DNA from: an uncultured Aquificales bacterium
GTDB taxonomy: Bacteria > Thermosulfidibacterota > Thermosulfidibacteria > Thermosulfidibacterales > Thermosulfidibacteraceae
NCBI GenBank assembly: GCA_964411615.1
Contig: CAYPLO010000013.1
Location: 1 to 18,687 of the forward strand
Direction of reading: 5' to 3'
DNA: 18,687 nt
Position 1 is the stretch's first letter. Each line of letters starts with the position of its first letter. Under the pieces are notes generated by a model. The model was given only the letters and a program-made list of their open reading frames with translations, made no database searches and was not told where the DNA came from. Made by a program: the position numbers and the translations under genes. This document shows, in pieces, positions 1 through 7,736 of this stretch.

Positions 1-1
1 C

Positions 2-346
2 GCAGAAATATTAATAGACGTCTCATTACAAAAAAGAGAGATAAAGAAGATTAATGATTTTATCAATAATGCTGATGAATTGGTTATATGGGGAGCTGGA
101 AGTTATGGTAGAAGTGTTCTTCAGCTTTTGAAGAATTTGTCAAAAAATGTTCTTTTCTTTGTGGATATAGACAAAGAAAAAGAAGGAAGTGAGATCAATG
201 GAATTAAAGTTTATTCACCCGATAAATTGTTAAAATTGAATAGACGAAGTATGCCTAAAATAATCGTTTCAACGTTATGGTGGGTAGAGGTGGCAGAGTT
301 TTTGAAGAGAAAATTGCAATTGAAAAGATGGGTTGATTATATTTAG
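2..346 (+). CDS. 3' end of a gene running in from upstream; C-terminal Rossmann-like domain of the kind appended to glycan-cluster transferases
   Basis: The frame is open from base 2 (AEILIDVSLQKREIKKINDFINNADELVIWGAGSYG...), so the TTG at 80 is probably not the real start. It has a GxGxxG motif (WGAGSYG) followed by FFVD...K.G..INGIKVYSP, a pattern typical of PglD-N/CoA-binding-like domains. Stop TAG at 344-346. Confidence 0.6.
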   Translation, partial: AEILIDVSLQKREIKKINDFINNADELVIWGAGSYGRSVLQLLKNLSKNVLFFVDIDKEKEGSEINGIKVYSPDKLLKLNRRSMPKIIVSTLWWVEVAEFLKRKLQLKRWVDYI

Positions 347-437
347 AAAAGAAATTGTGCGTTTTAGGGTAAACTTTCTGATTAAACTGGCTATGAAAAA
401 GATTTTAATTAGTAACTAAAGTGTCCATGAGTTTTGA

Positions 438-1679
438 ATGAAAAAATTACTCATCTTAGGAACGGGAGTTGACCAGATAGAGGGGATAAAAGAAGCTAGA
501 GAGTTGGGACTTTATACCGTAGGACTTGATGGTAATTCTTATTCCGATGGTGCTAAGCTTGTTGATGAATTCTACAAAGTTAATATTAAAAACATAAACG
601 AAGTTCTGGAGTTTGTAAGAAATTATCCGAAACCTGTTGACGGAGTTATAGCTTTCGGGGTTGATATTCCAGAAATTCTGGCGAAGGTGGCAGAAGAGAG
701 GGGAGTTTACTATCAGCTTCCCTACGAAAGGGCTAAGGTTTCAAAGAATAAGTTTTTGTCCAAGCAAATTATGGAAAATGCGGGGGTTAACGTTCCTCCT
801 TTTAAAGGGGTCGGTAGTCTGGAAGATTTAAAAGAGTTTATTAAGGAGTTTGGTTTTCCGGTTGTTTTAAAACCGGTTGACAACAGTGCCTCAAGGGGTG
901 TCCTCTACTTAACCGAGAAGGTTGATCTGGAATGGGCTTTTAACGAATCTTTGAAGTTTGTAAACGATAAGAGCTTCTTTCCTTCTTTAATAGTTGAGAA
1001 GTTCATCGAAGGACAGCAGCTCAGCACAGAAAGTATTATCCAAGGTAAAAAAATTTACACAGTGGGACTCTCCGATAGGAACTACGAGCTCTTAGAAAAA
1101 TATGCTCCACTGATAGTGGAGAACGGAGGAGACCTTCCGCCCAAGCTTACCCATTTTAAGAGTTATGGGGAGATGATAGAAAAGATAGACGAGCAGATTG
1201 AAAGGGTTGTAAAAGCGTTTGACTCGGGAAACGGAACCGTCAAAGGGGATATTGTAATTGACGGAGAGGGTAAAGTTTGGGTGATTGAAGCGGCTTTCAG
1301 GCTCTCGGGAGGGCTCTTTTCGGCCATTGAGATTCCGGTTAATACCGGGATTGATTTTTTGAAGAAAGCCATAGAGCTTCAGCTTACGGGAGAGACCGAG
1401 GTTAAAGATTTGAACTATCGGGTGGAAAACTTTGTAAGGCTGAGATATATCTTTTCTGAAAGGAAAAAAGGTCTTATAAAGAATCTGGAAGTTCCGAAGC
1501 TGGATAATGCAATATTTAAGGTATATTCCAAGGTCGGGACGGATCTGGAAAAGCTTTACAAATTGTACAAGCTTCCTTTGACAAAACTTGTGGGTTATGT
1601 GGTATGGGACAGGACAAGAGAAGGATTGAGAAAGAGAGAGGAAGAAATTTTGAAAAAGTTAGAGATCGTGGTGGAGTAA
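438..1679 (+). CDS. ATP-grasp carboxylate-amine ligase
   Basis: N-terminal KKLLILGTGVDQ and ATP-grasp motifs NKFLSKQIM, GFPVVLKPVDNSASRGV, IVEKFIEG, VKGD and VIEAAFRLSGG. Confidence 0.88.
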   Translation: MKKLLILGTGVDQIEGIKEARELGLYTVGLDGNSYSDGAKLVDEFYKVNIKNINEVLEFVRNYPKPVDGVIAFGVDIPEILAKVAEERGVYYQLPYERAKVSKNKFLSKQIMENAGVNVPPFKGVGSLEDLKEFIKEFGFPVVLKPVDNSASRGVLYLTEKVDLEWAFNESLKFVNDKSFFPSLIVEKFIEGQQLSTESIIQGKKIYTVGLSDRNYELLEKYAPLIVENGGDLPPKLTHFKSYGEMIEKIDEQIERVVKAFDSGNGTVKGDIVIDGEGKVWVIEAAFRLSGGLFSAIEIPVNTGIDFLKKAIELQLTGETEVKDLNYRVENFVRLRYIFSERKKGLIKNLEVPKLDNAIFKVYSKVGTDLEKLYKLYKLPLTKLVGYVVWDRTREGLRKREEEILKKLEIVVE

Positions 1680-3580
1680 AAAAACTTCCAGTTTATACAG
1701 TTTTCCATCACAACCTTCTCTACTCTTCTATTCCCGAATCCCACTACCGATATATAATAGAAAAGGTTTACTCCTTTTTGCTTGAACTTGCGGAGGAAGG
1801 AATTAAGTTGGGTCTGGAGTTTAACGGCTGGACTCTCGAGAAGATGGCAGAGATTTCTCCTTCTTATATAGATAGAATAAAGAGACTTGAAAAAGAAGGG
1901 AAGGTTGAATTTATAGCTTCTTCTTATACTCAGGCGGTTTTTCCTTTGATTCCTTATGAAGTTAACAAGAAGAACTTACAAATAGGCATTAACTCCTTTA
2001 GAGATATTCTGGGAAAAGTTCCGAAGATTTTTCTCCTCAACGAGATGGTCTATTCTATCGGCACTGTAAGGCTTTTAAAGGAGTTCGGTTTTGAGTCTTT
2101 CATTTTTGACTGGGTGAACGGTATAAAGGGCAACAATTGGAGAAAAGAAATAAGACTCTGGGAAGTAGCCGTTAATGAAGGCCTTAAAGTTCTCTGGGCG
2201 GATACTTACATGAATCAGAAGTTTCAGAGGTTTGTGTGGAGAGATATAGATAGGGAAGACTATATATCTTTTCTAAAAAAGAAATTTTCTCTCAATCCGT
2301 TTGCCATTCCCCTTTACGTGGGGGACGCAGAGGTATTTGAGTACACCCCCGGCGGCTTAAACTTTACAAAGGACGGAAAAGACTTTGAAAAGTTAAAAGA
2401 GGCTTTTCGGCTTGTCAAGGAGAGCTTCCTGGTAGAGTTTTCTTTGCCTTCCCAGATTTTAAACTTAAAGGAAGAAATTAAAGAGATTTCAATAGCAACA
2501 GCTGACTATCCTGTAAGGACAAAGAAGCAAGATAAGTACAATGTAATCCGTTGGGCTGTTACAGGTAGGGATTCTGTAAGAATGAACACGCAGTGTTATA
2601 AACTTTACAAAGCTGTTAAGCAAAGAAGTGAAGAACCTCTCTGGAAGAATCTCTGCCTTCTGTGGGGGAGCGACTTTAGAACCAACACGACCGATGAAAA
2701 GTATCTCCTTTTTAGAAACCTTATGGGTTATTCTCTCTTAAGGGTAAGAGAGGAGAGAAAAAAGGGAGTTGCGAGCAGGAGCAGTAGAAAGGAGCTTTTT
2801 CCTTCAAGTTGTTTTCATAGAGGAAGGTATTTTGTTGTAGAGACCCCCTACCACAGAGCTCTTCTGATAAAAAACAAAGGTCTGGCTTTGAAGGAACTGA
2901 CTTTTAAGAAAAAGTCTCCTAAACCTCTCATAGGGACAGTAGAGCACGGCTTCTATGAAGATATATCTTACGGTGCGGACTTTTTCTCTTTTCACCTCTT
3001 AATTGCAACGAGGGAAGGTAAGCAGATTACGGACCTTTCTACGGAGGTTGATGTTTGCTGTTTCTGGGAAGACGGTTTTTTAAAGGTCAGGAATGAGAAG
3101 CCTATTGAACTTCCCTTTGTTTCCCTCTTTAAGGAGTACTGGTTTTCCGACAAGGTTAAGGTTGTATATAAGCTCTACTTTAAAGAGCTCTATCCGATGT
3201 CAATAAGGCTGGGAATCGTTACTTTGATCCCCGACTCCTTTGATAGAGAGACGCTCTTTTACGAGACCCATAACGGCGGTAAAGATAAGGAACTATTCCT
3301 TCTAAAGGGTAAAAATGTTGCATTGGATCTTCCCGTTAACTATGTGGTAACGGCAAGAGGGTGTTTGGGGGCTACAGAAGGGACTATATCCTTTGGAGAT
3401 AGGGAGAAGGAAATAACAGTTTTTACAGATAAATCCCAGATTTACACCGTTCCCCTTTTAAGGTATAAGGAGTTTGAAGATACCTTCTTCTTCCGTATTT
3501 CCCATACCTTGTGCGAAAGAGATGAAGTGGCAAATGTTTTTTTTAAAGGATACAATGAGGTAAGTTTTGATCTGGAGTGA
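1604..3580 (+). CDS. Glycoside hydrolase family 57-like protein (start uncertain; the conserved domain begins near 1676)
   Basis: GH57-like conserved regions: VFHHNL, EFNGWTLE, SSYTQAVFPLIP, FLLNEMVYS (nucleophile Glu position), YVGDAEVFEY (acid/base Asp position) and WGSDF, followed by a beta-rich C-terminal domain. Confidence 0.78.
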   Translation: MGQDKRRIEKERGRNFEKVRDRGGVKKLPVYTVFHHNLLYSSIPESHYRYIIEKVYSFLLELAEEGIKLGLEFNGWTLEKMAEISPSYIDRIKRLEKEGKVEFIASSYTQAVFPLIPYEVNKKNLQIGINSFRDILGKVPKIFLLNEMVYSIGTVRLLKEFGFESFIFDWVNGIKGNNWRKEIRLWEVAVNEGLKVLWADTYMNQKFQRFVWRDIDREDYISFLKKKFSLNPFAIPLYVGDAEVFEYTPGGLNFTKDGKDFEKLKEAFRLVKESFLVEFSLPSQILNLKEEIKEISIATADYPVRTKKQDKYNVIRWAVTGRDSVRMNTQCYKLYKAVKQRSEEPLWKNLCLLWGSDFRTNTTDEKYLLFRNLMGYSLLRVREERKKGVASRSSRKELFPSSCFHRGRYFVVETPYHRALLIKNKGLALKELTFKKKSPKPLIGTVEHGFYEDISYGADFFSFHLLIATREGKQITDLSTEVDVCCFWEDGFLKVRNEKPIELPFVSLFKEYWFSDKVKVVYKLYFKELYPMSIRLGIVTLIPDSFDRETLFYETHNGGKDKELFLLKGKNVALDLPVNYVVTARGCLGATEGTISFGDREKEITVFTDKSQIYTVPLLRYKEFEDTFFFRISHTLCERDEVANVFFKGYNEVSFDLE

Positions 3581-3583
3581 TAG

Positions 3584-4564
3584 ATGATAAAATTTATCGC
3601 TGATGTGGGAAGTAATTTTGATGGATCTTTGGAACTGGCTAAGTTTTATATAAAGATTTGCAAAAAGATTGGGGTCGACATAGTAAAGTTTCAATGCTGG
3701 GATGTAAATGATTTATTTTCCAATTATCACCCAGCATATAATAAAATAAAGTGTAGTAAAAAACCTCTTGGTTTACCTTTAAATTGGCATAAAGAGCTTA
3801 TAGAACTTGCTAAACGTGAGGATATAACCTTTTCAACTACTCCGACACAGCCTTACCATGTGGAGAAATTGGAGGAATATGGGATTGAGATTTATAAGAT
3901 ATCTAGTGGGGATATAACATTTTATCCTCTGATAGATGAGATTAATAAAACTGGAAAACCTGTTATTTTATCTACAGGTATGTCAACCATATGCGAAATT
4001 GAGAGGGCAGTGGATAGATTGCACAATTGTAGCAAGATAGTTATACTTCATTGTGTTTCTCTTTACCCTACTAAATATGAAGAAGTTAACCTTAGAGCTA
4101 TTGAGGTTATTAGAGAAAGGTTCAAGGATATGGATGTCGGTATATCGGACCATACTGAAGGGGTTGATGTGGTACTGGCCTCTGTGCCCTATGGCATTTC
4201 CTATATAGAGAAACATATAACAGTGGATAGAGGTCTTGGAACCCCCGATGCCTTTTTCGCCTTAACCGTAACCGAGTTTGAGACGATGATAAATAAGGTG
4301 AGGAATGTGGAGAAGGCCCTGGGTAAACGGGAAAAGGGGCCTGTGGATAGGGAGATTCCTGAAAGATACTGGGCGAGGCGAGGAATCTATGCGAAGAGAG
4401 ATATAAAGGAGGGTGAGCCTATTGACTTTGATTGTTTAGACTTTCTCAGGCCTCAGAAGGGGATACCCGCTGAGTATTTTGAGTTGGTGATTGGAAAAGT
4501 GTCGAAGAAGGATATAAAGGCTGGTACTCCTTTAACCTGGGAGTTATTAGAGGATGGATGTTGA
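3584..4564 (+). CDS. NeuB/PseI/SpsE-family nonulosonic acid synthase with C-terminal SAF (antifreeze-like) domain
   Basis: VKFQ, YKISSGD, KPVILSTGMS, LHCVSLYPT, GISDHT and IEKHIT motifs; SAF domain RRGIYAKRDIKEGE...RPQKGI. Adjacent to pseB/pseC, so a PseI role is likely but not proven. Confidence 0.9.
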   Translation: MIKFIADVGSNFDGSLELAKFYIKICKKIGVDIVKFQCWDVNDLFSNYHPAYNKIKCSKKPLGLPLNWHKELIELAKREDITFSTTPTQPYHVEKLEEYGIEIYKISSGDITFYPLIDEINKTGKPVILSTGMSTICEIERAVDRLHNCSKIVILHCVSLYPTKYEEVNLRAIEVIRERFKDMDVGISDHTEGVDVVLASVPYGISYIEKHITVDRGLGTPDAFFALTVTEFETMINKVRNVEKALGKREKGPVDREIPERYWARRGIYAKRDIKEGEPIDFDCLDFLRPQKGIPAEYFELVIGKVSKKDIKAGTPLTWELLEDGC

Positions 4565-5552
4565 CGGCAGAACCATTCTTATAACTGGTGGGACCGGGTC
4601 TTTTGGTAGAAAGTTTGCAGAAAGGGTGCTGGAAGACTTCAGTCCTCGCAAGGTTATAATATACTCCCGAGATGAGTACAAACAGTATTGGATGCAGCAG
4701 GAGTTTAGAAAGCACCTTCCAAAGCTTAGATTCTTTATCGGGGACGTAAGAGATAGAAATAGACTTTATAGAGCTTTTGATGGAGTTGATATTGTTATTC
4801 ATGCTGCGGCTTTGAAACATGTGCCTCTTATGGAGTACAATCCCATTGAGGCAGTTAAGACCAATATTTATGGTGCCGAGAATGTTATAGATGCAGCTAT
4901 AGATAGGGGAGTGGAGAGGGTTATCGCTCTTTCTACAGATAAGGCTGTTAATCCTGTTAATCTCTATGGAGCCACTAAACTTGTGTCTGATAAACTGTTT
5001 GTAGCTGCCAATGCTTACGCTGGTGGCAAAAGGACCGTTTTTGCTGTCGTTAGGTATGGTAACGTTGCTGGTAGTAGGGGTTCTGTTATTCCTCTGTTTA
5101 AAAGTATGATAGAGGCCGGGTGCAAAGAGTTACCCATAACCGATTTTAGGATGACCCGCTTTTGGATAACCCTGGATGAGGGGGTTGAGCTTGTGTTCAA
5201 AGCACTTGAGAAGGCGAGGGGAGGTGAGATTTTTGTGGCTAAGATACCCTCTTTTAAAGTTGTGGACCTTGCGAAGGCCATGTGTCCGCAGTGCAGTTTA
5301 AAGGAGGTTGGTATAAGACCAGGGGAGAAGCTACATGAGGTTATGATAACGGAGGAAGATGCCAGGTCTACCTACGATTACGGCGACTATTTTGTGATAT
5401 ATCCACAGATATCCTGGTTTGGTAAGGGAGAGCCCCACGAGGGAGGCAAAAAGGTTCCTGAAGGCTTTAGGTACGCTTCTAACACCAACGACCAGTGGCT
5501 TACTGTTGATGAGCTAAGGGAGAGGCTCGGAAGGCTGGAGATAGTCTTTTGA
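4554..5552 (+). CDS. pseB: UDP-N-acetylglucosamine 4,6-dehydratase (inverting)
   Basis: ITGGTGSFG, YSRDEYKQ, HAAALKHVP..EYNP.EAVKTN, LSTDKA.NP.NLYGATKL.SDKLF, VRYGNV.GSRGSV, MTRFWITL, GIRPGEKLHE. GAGG Shine-Dalgarno-like sequence upstream; overlaps the end of the synthase gene. Confidence 0.95.
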   Translation: MDVDGRTILITGGTGSFGRKFAERVLEDFSPRKVIIYSRDEYKQYWMQQEFRKHLPKLRFFIGDVRDRNRLYRAFDGVDIVIHAAALKHVPLMEYNPIEAVKTNIYGAENVIDAAIDRGVERVIALSTDKAVNPVNLYGATKLVSDKLFVAANAYAGGKRTVFAVVRYGNVAGSRGSVIPLFKSMIEAGCKELPITDFRMTRFWITLDEGVELVFKALEKARGGEIFVAKIPSFKVVDLAKAMCPQCSLKEVGIRPGEKLHEVMITEEDARSTYDYGDYFVIYPQISWFGKGEPHEGGKKVPEGFRYASNTNDQWLTVDELRERLGRLEIVF

Positions 5553-6676
5553 TGATTCCCTATGGTCGGCAGTGGATTGATGATGAGGATATAGCCGCTG
5601 TTGTTGAAGTTTTGAAAAGTCCTTTCATAACTCAGGGGCCTAAGATTGAGGAATTTGAAAGGAGATTGGCCGATTTCTGTGGAGCCAGGTTCTGTGTTGT
5701 GTTTAATTCAGGAACGTCAGCCCTTCATGCAGTATATTACGCACTTGGTCTTGGAAAGGGTGACGAGTTCATAACCTCTCCTATTACCTTTGTTGCAACT
5801 GCTAATGCGGGACTCTTTTTAGGAGCACGGCCTGTGTTCTGTGATGTTGAGCCGGATACAGGCAATCTCAATCCTGAGCTTCTTGAGAGATTAATCACGC
5901 CCAAAACAAAGCTTATTGTTCCTGTTCATTACGCTGGTCATCCATGTGATATGAAGAGAATCTATAGCGTTGCCCGAAGATACGGTGTTGCTGTGGTTGA
6001 GGATGCCTGTCACTCTCTTGGTGCCAGATATACGGGTTTTCCTGTAGGGAATTGTGCCTACTCTGACGCTGTGGTGTTCAGCTTTCATCCGGTCAAGCAC
6101 ATAACCACCGGGGAGGGAGGTGCGGTTCTCACGAACAGGGAAGATGTTTACGAGAAACTCGTGCTTTTCAGGAATCATGGTATTAGAAAGTTTGAGGATT
6201 GGTGGTACGAAATGGAGTTTTTAGGATTCAATTACAGGATGACAGATATACAGGCAGCTCTCGGCATTTCACAGCTTAAAAAGCTTGGTTTTTTTGTCAA
6301 GAGAAGGAGGGAGATAGCTGCTGAGTATTCGAACAGGTTTGCAAATAATCCATTTTTTGATGTACCAGTAGAGAAGGAATATGCGTATCATGCCTATCAT
6401 CTTTATGTTATAAGGCTAAAAGACTCTCTTGTCCCGTTAAGGAAAATTCTTTTTCGCAAGCTGAGAGAGAGAGGACTTGGTGTTCAGGTTCATTATATAC
6501 CCGTTTATTGGCATCCATACTATGGCAGACTTGGATTCTCTAAAGGACTGTGTCAGGTGGCGGAGGATTTCTATTCAAGGGTCATTTCCATTCCGCTGTA
6601 CCCTGCTATGACCCAGGAGGATGTTGAGAAGGTGTCCCGTATCCTTATGGAGACTCTTAAAGAACTCTCCTCTTAG
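5552..6676 (+). CDS. pseC: UDP-4-amino-4,6-dideoxy-N-acetyl-beta-L-altrosamine transaminase (DegT family)
   Basis: MIPYGRQWIDDEDI, TQGP, NSGTSALH, EDACHSLG, FSFHPVKHITTGEGG (PLP lysine), GFNYRMTDIQAALG, VQVHYIP. The ATG at 5552 overlaps the pseB stop (TGATG). Confidence 0.93.
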   Translation: MIPYGRQWIDDEDIAAVVEVLKSPFITQGPKIEEFERRLADFCGARFCVVFNSGTSALHAVYYALGLGKGDEFITSPITFVATANAGLFLGARPVFCDVEPDTGNLNPELLERLITPKTKLIVPVHYAGHPCDMKRIYSVARRYGVAVVEDACHSLGARYTGFPVGNCAYSDAVVFSFHPVKHITTGEGGAVLTNREDVYEKLVLFRNHGIRKFEDWWYEMEFLGFNYRMTDIQAALGISQLKKLGFFVKRRREIAAEYSNRFANNPFFDVPVEKEYAYHAYHLYVIRLKDSLVPLRKILFRKLRERGLGVQVHYIPVYWHPYYGRLGFSKGLCQVAEDFYSRVISIPLYPAMTQEDVEKVSRILMETLKELSS

Positions 6677-6690
6677 ACCGATTATCTAAA

Positions 6691-6707
6691 CTGGCAGATG
6701 ATTTGCT
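6691..6707 (+). promoter_or_regulatory. Sigma54 (RpoN) -24/-12 promoter motif
   Basis: CTGGCAGATGATTTGCT has exact GG-N10-GC spacing and matches TGGCA..TTGCW. It is intergenic, just after the pseC stop and about 40 nt before the likely ATG at 6747. Confidence 0.75.
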
Positions 6708-6746
6708 ACCCAGGGAAGGGGAAAAATGCTGGCAGGGAGGCCGGAG

Positions 6747-7736
6747 ATGGTTGAGCTTGTGCCTTACAGAGATGGTGTCTATTCAAGCTTTCCCACCGTT
6801 GTAACCCACAGGGGCAAAGTTTACGTCTACTACAGACAGGGAGTTAGGAGCGTCTATCAGGTACATGGCCTTTTTGGTAAGGTTAAGATGCTCGTTGTGG
6901 AAGAGGGGGATTTTCTGAGAGTCCTTGCAGGGGAGCTGTCGGCTAAAGATGTTGCTTCGGAGAGGGTGGTCTTTGCAGAGGAGAATGAGCTTGACGCCAT
7001 AGTTTCCCAGCTTGAGGATGGTCTCTTTTCCCTGTGCACGAGGGTATGTGTGTCTGGTAAAGTTAATCAGTGTTTTGTCTCTTTCAACAACGAACCGGAA
7101 TTCCGCGAGAGGGAGCCTGTTGAAGTGGATGGTGTTCTGCTGAATGCCTTTTACGGGAAGGCTTTTAAGTCGCCTTACGGATACGTATTTCCGGCTTACG
7201 GGTTGTTGAAGGGGGATGGAAAGCAGAGACCTTTGCTTCTGGTTACGGACCTTGAGAGATGGGAGCTTTTGTCTGCCCTTCCCACCATGCTTAACGGCAA
7301 CAGGCTTAATGAGTGTTCCGTGGTGTTCTACAATGGTCTTTGGCATATCTTTATGAGGGAGGATGACCCTCCTTACGGCATCTGGCATTCTGTATCAGAA
7401 AATCTTCTGGAGTGGGATACACCCACAAAGATACTGAGCAAGGCCCATGCCCCCATGGCCTTTGTGGTGGATGAGGAGCTGGTTGTTGGCTTCAGGTATC
7501 TTTTGAGGGATTCTCATTTTGCTGTGGCGTGCATGTATCCCTTTGAGGGTAGCAGGATACAGATAGTTGATACTTACGTGGGTAATATGTTTGACGGTGG
7601 ATATTGTGATTTCTGCGTGGTGGGAGAGGACTTATTTATTGTGTACTATCATGACAACGGTTCGGGAAGTCCCGTTATAAGGTGTGCTAAGGTCGTTGAA
7701 AGACCCCAAGCTGTTAGAGTTTCTTGCCCGGGTTGA
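6747..7736 (+). CDS. Sialidase-like (GH33/BNR-type) beta-propeller protein, no evident signal peptide
   Basis: YSSFP..YYRQG..H, NECSVV, FMRED, a degenerate Asp-box (SENLLEWDTP), GFRY and C-terminal DGGY...IVYY. ATG 6747 has GGGAGG 6 nt upstream and is preferred over 6726. Confidence 0.6.
   Translation: MVELVPYRDGVYSSFPTVVTHRGKVYVYYRQGVRSVYQVHGLFGKVKMLVVEEGDFLRVLAGELSAKDVASERVVFAEENELDAIVSQLEDGLFSLCTRVCVSGKVNQCFVSFNNEPEFREREPVEVDGVLLNAFYGKAFKSPYGYVFPAYGLLKGDGKQRPLLLVTDLERWELLSALPTMLNGNRLNECSVVFYNGLWHIFMREDDPPYGIWHSVSENLLEWDTPTKILSKAHAPMAFVVDEELVVGFRYLLRDSHFAVACMYPFEGSRIQIVDTYVGNMFDGGYCDFCVVGEDLFIVYYHDNGSGSPVIRCAKVVERPQAVRVSCPG

Noticed and set aside
388..404. TAAACTGGC at 383-391, shared with the sequence at the sigma54 motif (6687 onward)
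   Set aside because: There is no GC at the -12 position (GG-N10-GA), so it is not a sigma54 promoter; a 9-bp match may be chance.
1551..1574. KLYKLYKL repeat forming an imperfect palindrome (AAGCTTTACAAATTGTACAAGCTT)
   Set aside because: Explained by coding sequence or a small tandem duplication; imperfect, with no supporting context.
1578..1606. TTGACA upstream of the GH57 ATG as an internal promoter
   Set aside because: No credible -10 at 16-18 bp.
3537..3544. T8 run near the GH57 3' end (also T7 in pseC at 6289-6295 and A7 at 1678-1684) as phase-variation or frameshift sites
   Set aside because: Short A/T runs are expected in AT-rich DNA, the frames are intact, and no long G/C tracts are present.
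3578..3586. GH57 and synthase genes in frame across TGA TAG ATG (readthrough fusion?)
   Set aside because: Two consecutive stops and a GGAG SD for the synthase indicate ordinary coupling.
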